Shown piece after piece: positions 27,018 to 37,432 of a DNA stretch of 64,000 bases. The translations under genes and the position numbers were made by a program. The notes below the pieces were generated by a model. That model did not search any database. It was not told the DNA's origin and was given only the letters and a program-made list of their open reading frames with translations. Source of the stretch: Macrostomum hystrix (Eukaryota > Animalia > Platyhelminthes); the NCBI GenBank assembly GCA_950097015.1, contig CATNEN010000038.1, forward strand, positions 26,226,001-26,290,000, given 5' to 3'. How positions within the stretch are numbered: position 1 is the first letter of the stretch; each line of letters starts with the position of its first letter.

Positions 27018-27694
27018 TCTTATATACTAAAAATGAAAATCTTGCTTGCTTGCTTGTATGTTTGCAATCGACTAGCTCCCGAACGGCTCAACCGATTTTC
27101 AAAATTCCTTCGCCAAAAGATCACAAATGGGCCGGAATCGGTACACGTAATTTTATTAAGCTTAATTCCATTGGCAAGGGGATTAAATATTTGAAAAACA
27201 GTTTTAAATAGGCTTTTCTAATGCATTCTTGTTTTCAGCTTGTGCACAGTGAGGCCTCCAGTGCCAAATTTAATGATTGCATCAGAGCCAGTTTTGATAA
27301 CGCACGCGCGTACTGATAAGAACTCACAGGGAGGCTACCCAGAGGGTAGCGAAGGCAGCTAGTCTAATATACTAAAAATGAAAATCTTGCTTGCTTGTAT
27401 GTTTGCAATCGACTAGCTCCCGAACGGCTCAACCGATTTTCGAAATTCTTTCGCTAAAAGATCGCAATTGGGCTGGAATCGGTACACGTATTTTTATTAA
27501 GCTTAATTCCATTGCCAAGGGGATTAAATATTCGAAAAACTGTTTTAAATAGGCTTTTCTAATGCATTCTTGTTTTCAGCTTGTGCACAGTGAGGCTCCA
27601 GTGCCAATTTTAATGATTGCATCGGAGCCAATTTTGATAACGCACTGATAAGAACTCACAGGGAGGCTACCCAGAGGGTAGCGAAGGCAGCTAG
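27018..27694 (+). mobile_element. Two short Helitron units (27018-27362, 27363-27694)
   Basis: Same TC start and hairpin+CTAG end as the units at 17680-19732. Confidence 0.88.
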
Positions 27695-28224
27695 TCTTAT
27701 ATACTAAAAATGAAATGGTTGCTTGGTTGCTTGTAATTGATTTTCTCCCGAACGGCTCAACCAATTTTCACCATTTCTTCACCAAAATATGCCAAATATG
27801 GGCAGAATTTTACACGTATTTTTAATAAGCTTAACTTCATTGTTAAGGGGATTAAATATTCGAAAAACTGTTTTAGATAGGATTTTTAATGCATTTCATC
27901 AGAGCCAGTTTTGTCAACGTGCATTCCACTGCCAATTTTAATGATTGCATCAGGGCCAGTTTTGTTAATAGTGAGTACACTGATAAGAATTTCACTGTGT
28001 CAAATGTACATAGCTATGTCAACCCCACTGACGAGACAGTCAGTACGAATTTATAAATAGATTACATCACAGCTTTTCTCACCCGTGTGTGTGTGTGTGT
28101 GTTTGATTTGAATAGGTAAAATGTGCATAGCAGACTTCAATTCAACGATATATTGAGACATCTACTCCTTTCTTACTACAACATATAAATCATCAAATCT
28201 TTAACAAAATTTCAATCGAGAAAA

Positions 28225-30065
28225 GTGTCCAACAGTTTTTTAAATGTCCAACAGTTTTTTAAATGTCCTACAGTTTTCTACATGTGTTTACCAGTATTCT
28301 AAATGTGTTTACCAGTATTCTAAATGTGTTTACCAGTATTCTAAACGTGTTTACCAGTATTCTAAATGTGTTTACCAGTATTCTAAATGTGTTTACCAGT
28401 ATTCTAAATGTGTTTACCAGTATTCTAAATGTGTTTACCAGTATTCTAAAAGTGTTTACCAGTATTTTAAATGTGTTTACCAGTATTTTAAATGTGTTTA
28501 CCAGTATTCTAAATGTGTTTACCAGTATTCTAAATGTGTTTACCAGTATTCTAAATGTGTTAACCAGTATTCTAAATGTTTTTACCAGTAGTCTAAATGT
28601 GTTTACCAGTATTATAAATGTGTTTACCAGTTTTCTAATTGTGTTTACCAGTTTTCTAAATGTGTTTACCTGTTTTCAAAATGTGTTTACCAGTATTTTA
28701 AATGTGTTTAACATTTTTCTAAAAGTCTTCAACTGTTTTCTAAAAGTGTTTAACCGTTTTCTAAATGTATTTATCAGTTTTCTAAATGTATTTATCAGTT
28801 TTCAAAATGTGTTTACCAGTATTCTTAATGTGTTTAACATTTTTCTAAAAGTCTTCAACTGTTTTCTAAAAGTGTTTACCTGTTTTCAAAATGTGTTTAC
28901 CTGTTTTCAAAATGCGTTTACCAGTATTTTAAATGTGTTTAACATTTTTCTAAAAGTCTTCAACTGTTTTCTAAAAGTGTTTAACCGTTTGCTAAATGTA
29001 TTTATCAGTTTTCTAAATGTATTTATCAGTATTCTAAATGTGTTTACCAGTATTCTAAATGTGTTTAACATTTTTCTAAAAGTCTTCAACTGTTTTCTAA
29101 AAGTGTTTAACCGTTTTCTAAATGTATTTATCAGTTTTCTAAATATATTTATCAGTTTTCAAAATGTGTTTACCAGTTATTCTAAATGTGTTTAACATTT
29201 TTCTAAATGTGTTTACCAGTTTTCTAAATGTGTTTACCAGTTTTATAAATGTGTTTACCTGTTTTCTAAATGTGTTTATCAGTTTTCTAAATGTGTTTAC
29301 GAGTATTCTAAATGTGTTTACCAGTTTTTTAAAGTGTTTAACGGGTTTCTAAATGTGTTTAACAGTTTTCTAAATGTCTTTAACAGTTTTCTAAATGTGT
29401 CCAACAGTTTTTAATGTGTTTACAGGTTTCTAAATGTGTTTAACAGTTTTCTAAATGTTTTTATCAGTTTTCTAAACGTGTTTATCAGTTTTCTAAACGT
29501 GTTTATCAGTTTTCTAAATGTGTTTAACAGTTTTCTAAAAGCGTTTAATAGTTTTCTAAATGTGTTTACCAGTATTATAAATGTGTTTAACAGTTTTTAA
29601 ATGTGTCCAACAGCTTTCTAAATGTGTCTAAAAGTTTTTTAATGTGTTTATAGGTTTCTAAATGTGTTCAACAGTTTTCGCAATGTGTTTAACATTTTTC
29701 TAAATGTGTTTACCTGTTTTCTAAATGCGTTTTCCAGTGTTCTAAATATGTTTAACAGTTTTCTAAATCCGTTTTCCAGTATTCTAAATGTTTTTTTTCC
29801 AGAATTCTAAATGTGTTTATCAGTTTTCTAAACGTTTATATTAGTTTTCTAAATGTGTTTAAAATTTTTCTAAAAGTGTTTAACTGTTTTCTAAATGTGT
29901 TTATCAGTTTTCTAAATGTGTTAAATAGTTTTTTTAAGGTGTAAATCGTTTTTCAAAATGTTTCCAGTAGTTTTTTAATGTGTTTATTAATTTTCTAAAT
30001 GATTTCAAGAGTTTTCTAAATGTGTCCAGTAATTACCGCTTTTCTAAATGCGTCTAAAAGTTTTT
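28225..30065. repeat. 21-bp AT-rich minisatellite
   Basis: TAAATGTGTTTACCAGT(A/T)TTC units, homogeneous at left and decaying rightwards. Confidence 0.95.
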
Positions 30066-30097
30066 TAATTCGTTTATTGGTTAAAAATGGTTATTTG

Positions 30098-30663
30098 CTG
30101 CTGGTGGGATTAGTTCTCTGCTGCAGGGGGGGATTAGTTCTCTGCTGCAGGGGGGGAATTAGTTCTCTGCTGCTGGGGGGAATTAGGGGGGGAATTAGTT
30201 CTCTGCTGCTGAGGGGAATTAGGGGGGAATTAGTTCTCTGCTGCTGAGGGGAATTAGGGGGGAATTAGTTCTCTGCTGCTGAGGGGAATTAGGGGAGAAT
30301 TAGTTCTCTGCTGCTGGGGGGGAATTTGGGGGGGAATTACTGCTGGGGGGAATTAGTTCTCTGCTGCTGAGGGGAATTAAGGGGGAATTAGCTCTCTGCT
30401 GCTGGGGAGAATTAGTTCTCTGCTGCTGGGGGGAATTAGGGGGAATTAGTTCTCTGCTGCTGGGGGGAATTAGTTCTCTGCTGCTGTGGGGAATTAGTTC
30501 TCTACTGCTGGGGGGGAATTAGTTCTCTGCTGCTGGGGGGAATTAGGGGGGAATTAGTTCTCTGCTGCAGGGGGGAAATTAGTTCTCTGCTGCTGGGGGG
30601 AATTAGGGGGGAATTAGTTCTTTGCTGCAGGGGGGAAATTAGTTCTCTGCTGCTGAGGGGGGG
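30098..30663. repeat. G-run minisatellite (~23-34 bp)
   Basis: GGGGGAATTAGTTCTCTGCTGCT units with optional GGGGGAATTA inserts. Confidence 0.93.
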
Positions 30664-31011
30664 GACATTCGTTTTTTATTGCTGAGGGGATAGTATTCAC
30701 ATGTACCTCAGTAGCATTAAGCTGAGTTGTATCAAACGGAAGTTACTTGGGTTATTTTTGCCCCAATGGGGCTCTTGGTGTACTGACCGAATGTCTCAGA
30801 ATGTATTCAAGCTCAGCCTGACTATTTTTGTATTTAGTGAGAATTCTGATTCTCGTTGACTCGCAATAACGTATATTCGCAATCAGGGAAATTATGACGG
30901 ACGAAATGAGTTTACGTTTTTGTTTGCTTTCAGGTGTTTTATCCTTCTGCATTGCACAAGATTTTTTTGTCTGACCAGTAGTGCTCCCCGAAGGGGGGCA
31001 AAACTTGCTAG

Positions 31012-31373
31012 TCTAATATACTAAAAATGAAAATCTTGCTTGCTTGTTCGTAATTGATTTTCTCCCGAACGGCTCAACCAATTTTCACCATTTCTTCACC
31101 AAAAGATGCCAAATATGGGGACAACTATACACGTATTTTTATTAAGCTTAATTCCATTGGCAAGGGGATTAAATATTCGAAAAACAGTTTTAAATAGGCT
31201 TTTCTAATGCATTCTTGTTTTCAGCTTGTGCACAGTGAGGCCTCCAGTGCCAAATTTAATGATTGCATCAGAGCCAGTTTTGATAACGCACGCGCGTACT
31301 GATAAGAACTCACAGAGAGGCTACCCAGAGGGTAGCGAAGGCAGCTAGTCTATAATATACTAAAAATGAAAAT

Positions 31374-31406
<33 letters not shown>

Positions 31407-32719
31407 TTGCAATCGACTAGCTCCCGAACGGCTTAACCGATTTTCACAATTCCTTCGCCAAAAGATCACAATTGGGCCGGAATCGGTACACGTAATTTTA
31501 TTAAGCTTAATTCCATTGCAGAGGGGATTAAATATTCGAAAAACAGTTTTAAATAGGCTTTTCTAATGCATTCTTGTTTTCAGCTTGTGCACAGTGAGGC
31601 TCCAGTGCCAATTTTTATGATTGCATCAGAGCCAGTTTTGATAACGAACTGATAAGAACTCCAGTGAGGCTACCCAGAGGGTAGCGAAGGCAGCTAGTCT
31701 TCTTATATACTAAAAATGAAAATCTTGCTTGCTTGCTTGTATGTTTGCAATCGACTAGCTCCCGAACGGCTCAACCGATTTTCACAATTCCTTCGCCAAA
31801 AGATCACAATTGGGCCGGAATCGGTACACGTAATTTTATTAAGCTTAATTTCATTGCCAAGGGGATTAAATATTCGAAAAACAGTTTTAAATAGGCTTTT
31901 CTAATGCATTCTTGTTTTCAGCTTGTGCACAGTGAGGCTCCAGTGCCAATTTTTATGATTGCATCAGAGCCAGTTTTGATAACGAACTGATAAGAACTCC
32001 AGTGAGGCTACCCAGAGGGTAGCGAAGGCAGCTAGTCTTCTAATATACTAAAAATGAAAATCTTGTATGTTTGTTTGCAATCGACTAGCTCCCGAACGGC
32101 TCAACCGATTTTCAAAATTCCTTCGCCAAAAGATCACAAATGGGCCGGAATCGGTACACGTAATTTTATTAAGCTTAATTCCATTGTCAAGGGGATTAAA
32201 TATTCGAAAAACAGTTTTAAATAGGCTTTTCTAATGCATTCTTGTTTTCAGCTTGTGCACAGTGAGGCCTCCAGTGCCAATTTTAATGATTGCATCAGAG
32301 CCAGTTTTGATAACGCACGCGCGTACTGATAAGAACTCACAGGGAGGCTACCCAGAGGGTAGCGAAGGCAGCTAGTCTAATATACTAAAAATGAAAATCT
32401 TGTTTGTATGTTTGTATGTTTGTATGTTTGCAATCGACTAGCTCCCGAACGGCTCAACCGATTTTCAAAATTCTTTCACTAAAAGATCGCAATTGGGCCG
32501 GAATCGGTACACGTATTTTTATTAAGCTTAATTCCATTGCCAAGGGGATTAAATATTCGAAAAACAGTTTTAAATAGGCTTTTCTAATGCATTCTTGTTT
32601 TCAGCTTGTGCACAGTGAGGCTCCAGTGCCAATTTTAATGATTGCATCAGAGCCAGTTTTGATAACGAACTGATAAGAACTCACAGGGAGGCTACCCAGA
32701 GGGTAGCGAAGGCAGCTAG
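31012..32719 (+). mobile_element. Five short Helitron units (31012-31348, -31697, -32035, -32375, -32719)
   Basis: Same termini. The first unit is a chimera of a long-family head and a short-family tail. The array ends CTAG|T at 32719/32720. Confidence 0.88.
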
Positions 32720-32750
32720 TACGTTACTACTTGGCTATAATTTCGTTAAC

Positions 32751-32792
32751 TGCTCTGACGACGAGCTGCATTATGGTCGAAATGTATTGGCA
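32751..32792 (+). ncRNA. Decayed Penelope-type minimal hammerhead ribozyme motif
   Basis: TGCT-CTGACGA-C-GAGC..GGTC-GAAA-TGTA-TT-GGCA: core boxes present, near-palindromic helix III, mismatch in helix II. Confidence 0.4.
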
Positions 32793-33548
32793 ATATAATT
32801 AAATTACATTTAGTTTTCTTCTCTGCTTTATATTACTTTTATTTATTAAGCGAGCTACTCTTCCTGAAACGAGTTTTATATTTAACGATGACATTGTTAT
32901 GACAGTGTTCAAGATCCGGATCTACTGTAATGTTCTTGGATTGCACAGGAAATTTTCGCATTTGGTTTATCGCAGAAACCGCAGAAACGTCACAACAATT
33001 GTTCAGCAAGCCTGATGAGGCGGCAGCTGCTTTATACGGATCTGTATAAAGGATCTTTATGGCGGATCTGTATGTAGTTTAAAACAAATATTAGTGAAAA
33101 GAAATTGAAAATGAGGACGCCGACGACACTGCTATTTCTGTAATAAGTCTCAATGTGCTCATGCCGCTAGACACAATTAGAAACTCGTAGAGTTGTTCAA
33201 CTGCTGAAATGTAAAAGGATCACAGTTATTTTGGTCTGTGTATCAGGTACTCAACCATACTCAACCATAAGTGAATCAAGGGGGTCAGTTAAGTGGGGCA
33301 GCATTGTTACTCCCGCAACCGAGGCTCACCTGAGGATACTTGTGGCTGCGAGGTGTGAAGTTGTGGCTAAATTACCAGCGGAAGGACAGCGGTCTGGGAC
33401 TCAGGCTGTCGACTTCATATTTGCAATTACCCTGAAAGGAAGTGTTTCACTTTTTGATATTGTAACTGCATACAAATTGACACCTTACCAATTCAATCAC
33501 TGCCTCGTGTCTCCAAGTTCTGATCTCTCCCCTGTCAAATCTCTAACT

Positions 33549-35837
33549 TTACTCAACACACTCCTGTATTATACGTCTATCAAAATTTGACATGGCCATC
33601 ATTTTACAATGAATATATACATTAGAAAACAATAAAACAGAAGCAATTGCTTACATTGCATCCTTTAATTGTTGTCTCTGAAATTGGTAACAAGGAAAAA
33701 CAGAAAATAAATTCTGATTGATTAGTCACAATCATCGATATAGTCATTGGTTGGTCTTCTACCTCAACAACATCCTCAGTCATTGGTTGGTCTTCTACCT
33801 CAACAATATCCTCACAGTCATGGGTTGGTCTTCTATCTCAACAACATTCTCACAGTCATGGGTTGGTCTTCTACCTCAACAACATCCTCACAGTCATGAA
33901 TTGGTCTTCTACCTCAACAATATCCTCACAGTCATGGCTTGGTCTTCTACCTCAATAACATCCTAACAGTCATGGGTTGGTCTTCTACCTCAACAACATC
34001 CTCACAGTCATGGGTTGGTCTTCTACCTCAACAACATCCTCACAGTCATGGGTTGGTCTTCTACCTCAACAACATTCTCGCAGTCATGGTTTGGTCTTCT
34101 ACCTCAACAAAATCCTAACAGTCCTGGGTTGGTCTTCTACCTCAACAACATCCTAACAGTCATGGGTTGGTCTTCTACCTCAACAACATTCTCTCAGAAA
34201 GGGGTTGGTCTTCTACCTCAACAACATCCTCACAGTCATTGGTTCCTCTACTTCAACAACATCCTCACAGTCATTGGTTGGTCTTCTACCTCAACAACAT
34301 CCACACAGTCATAGGTTGCTCTTATGCCTTAACAATATCCTCTCATCAGGGACGTGTCCGTCTTCTATTTCAACAAGATCCTCAGAGTCAATTGCTGGTG
34401 ATAGGCATTTGACCAATGATCATAGATCCAAAAGATTCGGCATAAAATCTCACCTTCTCGAACTCTCTATAGCGCTTGCTCTGCTCCGTTTCCAACACAT
34501 TGAGTTTCATCGGCATGCAATAGGTCTTGCCAGATTCCGGCTTCTCATTGGTCTTGAGAGCATACCGTGCCAGCAGTCTCTGCTTGTTTTCATTCACAAG
34601 TGCTTGCGGTAGTCGATAGATTGGCTTCTCGAAGATGTAACGAGTGGATGGTAGCATGCGGCCTTGCTCTACGCGCCTTGTGTAACACTTGCCGTAGTTG
34701 CTGGCGTACGGCTCGCTGACCTTGTAGCGCATTGTGACTTCCGTAGCCTTGAAGAACGGCCACGGAAAGACTTCACGTTCCACCAGCTTGCCATCCTGTG
34801 TGAGAAAGTGTTACGCACTTAAATGTCAGACCTCTAGGCATAAAAGTCACAAGCATAATTAGTCTAAATGAAAATCTACTAAATAAATTTGAATTCATCT
34901 CATTCAGGGTTTTGATATGAAAACGAGATTGGAAAATGAAAGACTCACGAAACCTGTTTCGCGATGTTACGAAAATTAGGGCTTATGGTAACAAAAGCTA
35001 ACTCAGCTCCTTTCCTCCCTCCGTCCGTCCCCCAAAAGGGAAATTTATTTGCGAGTATGTGTTCTCAAAAAATAACCGAATTATTACCTGAGATATGAAG
35101 CAGTACTTTGGCTCCGCAGCGAGTAATGATGCTGTTGACTGACTCGCATCGCTGGAAACTACCGAAGCCCGATCACAACCGTCCGCGTCAATATCCAGCC
35201 GTCTTGGTCCCAGGCGGAAACTCGGTAGTCTTCTGCGCAAATTATGTTTTTTGAATTTATTTAGCGGATCTTCGAGGACTTTAGAGGAAGCAGCCAGATC
35301 CATTGTGCCCCATCTGGATTTTGGGCTTTTGTCTGCATTGGAGCACATCAACGGATGGATGCTCGGCTTGAGGTCCTGGTCCAAACTGTCTAGTTTTTTT
35401 TTGCGACCCGACTGCTGATTGTTCAAAGAAGTCGCAACGCCGGAATTGCTCTTTAGCATCTTGAAGCCATCCAACTGTGACTGTGTCTCATTGTTCAATT
35501 CGGAGCTTGTCGAGGCCACCGTTCGAAAATCGTCACGCTCCTGGTGCGAATCCAGATTGTTCATTCGGCGACGAAGTAGTGACTTCGAAGTCTTGGACTT
35601 GTGCTGCTGCTTCTCATGCTTGCTAGTCAGGGAGACGCTGCGAGGCACGCGATTGTTTAGGCGCTGCTTCAGCCGATGCAGCCAGCTTCTTTTGTCATTT
35701 ACAGCTGAGGGCTGCGATGCGTCCGTCTGCGAAAAATCGCCAGTCGAGGTCGCCGCTACCGAGTGACTTTTTAGATTTTCGCCGCTCTGCTCAACAGATT
35801 TGCTAGCTTTCTGACGTTTCTGATTAATGATGCGCAT
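33549..35837 (-). CDS. Unknown lineage-specific protein, paralog C (exons 35837-35088, 34795-34454, 33677-33655, tentative 33576-33549)
   Basis: Same exon phases and 23-nt microexon (RQQLKDA). Open frame. Confidence 0.78.
33742..34345. repeat. 38-bp minisatellite, intron 2 of paralog C
   Basis: Same unit as 10505-11340, more diverged. Confidence 0.92.
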
Positions 35838-36447
35838 TTTTTTATGTCTAAAAATGTCTAAGAGCACTGATCTGCTCTTAGCTTAGCTCGCGATAAAAAT
35901 GCCTAAGTATCTAACAGCCACAATTGATTTACTGACGCTTGTGATATACTCAAAGGGATGCTTCTGTTTGCTCATTTCAATAAAAAACCGCACAGGATGC
36001 TGAATGGATTGGCCATAGACGATTCGAGTTGTGTAAGGCAGCTTTAAAGTGAGAAGGATAGATCTATAAGAACTAAGAACATTGATCGTAGTAGTAGACT
36101 AGTTAAACTAAGCTGTTCTGTTGACTGAGATTCAAGACGAAAAATGTTTAGAAAAAGCCTACGAATTCACAGCTTTGTATCTTTGATTTCGCCTTTTCCC
36201 TCTTCCTCAAAAAGCCACCCTAAATAATACTTTTTATTCTGCCACCGTCATCACCATTCTGAGCCAAAGCCCAAATTATCGATCGCAATCTGCCCAAGCC
36301 GACACAGACCTTAAACAGCCAACACCTATAATATTCTAGATTAGTAAAATTTCGTAAAATTTCGAAAAATCAGCACAACTACGTATATTTGAAGACTAAA
36401 CAAACAAGCGAAAAAAAATAGAGCCGCACTGTTAAGTTGCTGTTACG

Positions 36448-37432
36448 TTACACTCCTCTTCGATTGCAGAGGCAGTCATCCCATGATCTATCGCAAACGG
36501 TGCAAAAGTCACGATTATTTGCAACCTGCAGAGGCTGATCATTCCCTTCCCTAGAGCTGCTTGAAGACTGACGATGGCAGCTTCGCAAGTAGCATATAAC
36601 TATTGAAACTAAAATTATAAGGAGGATGCCGACGAGAACTGATATCGTTATCGCAATAATTTCCCAGGTTCTGAAGCCTACGTGAACCTGAGCAGCCTCC
36701 GTTGATAGGCTGAAATGTGAAAGAACAGATAGCGCGTGGTCAGTAATCTGGTAATCAAGTGGTTCAGATCAGTCAGGGTCAATAAGTGGGTAAGCCAGTG
36801 GGTCAATATGTGGGTCAACAAGAGGGTCAGCCAATGGGTCAGGATTGCTACACGGCAACCAAGTCTTACCTGAGGGTGCTAGTAGATGTGGGCTGTGGAG
36901 TGGTTTGAGTTCGGCACCAACCTTTGCCAGCTAGACAGTTGGCGAAATCGCCAGCGACAGAACAGTCCACACAAAGGCAGGCAGAGTCTGGATAGCTTTG
37001 CGGAGGACATGCCGGAGGCGGACTCAGGCTGCAGACTGATGATGAGCAATCAGACTGAAATAAGTGCTTGTGATTTTGTGCATTTGTCATTGCCGGCAAT
37101 ACAGATACTCATTTCTACAGATACGGCAATACATCCCTCTCCCCTCTCATCTCTCCCATGCATTTCGTAAAATAAAACCTAAAAGGAATAAATTTATTCA
37201 CTAATTAATAGCTAAATAATAATTATTGAAAAAAAAATTTAATAAATAAATAAATCTAGCATCGGTAGTACCTAGTAGTGCCTCAGTAGGTAGTACACTT
37301 AGTGGTCTGTTAGGATTTATATATAGTAAGTTCCTTGTTTAACTGGAGCAGAAAAATTTAACTAGTAACATCTCACACAAGTGTAAGTACTTTTTGCTAT
37401 GAGAGAAGAAAAATATTATTTATGCTTACCAT
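36448..37432 (-). CDS. Small single-pass membrane protein with Cys-rich ectodomain (tentative ATG 37432-37430; exons 37054-36870 and 36709-36448)
   Basis: Strong TTTCAG acceptors and AG|GTAAGA donor join in phase 2: SDCSSSVCSLSPPPACPPQSYPDSACLCVDCSVAGDFANCLAGKGWC, T/S stalk, TM IIAITISVLVGILLIILVSIVICYL, tail ending FCTVCDRSWDDCLCNRRGV*. The first exon is uncertain. Confidence 0.78.

Larger units (their letters stand above)
27695..31011 (+). mobile_element. Long (3.3-kb) non-autonomous Helitron carrying two tandem-repeat arrays
   Basis: Head matches the 19733 element (TAATTGATTTTCTCCCGAACGG..CACCATTTCTTCACC). Same 3' hairpin TGCTCCCCGAAGGGGGGCA..CTTGCTAG. Confidence 0.8.

Noticed and set aside
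25338-29352. Repeat ORFs (NWGIIV, LGDHCQ hexapeptide-like, VFTSILN)
   Set aside because: 18- and 21-bp DNA repeats with frequent frameshifting indels, no splice context, located inside Helitrons.
17680-32719. Regular repeats as a CRISPR-like array, or 62-68-aa ORFs (MKILL...) as a peptide family
   Set aside because: No unique spacers and no cas genes. The ORF is open only in units where microsatellite length happens to keep frame. The termini identify Helitrons.
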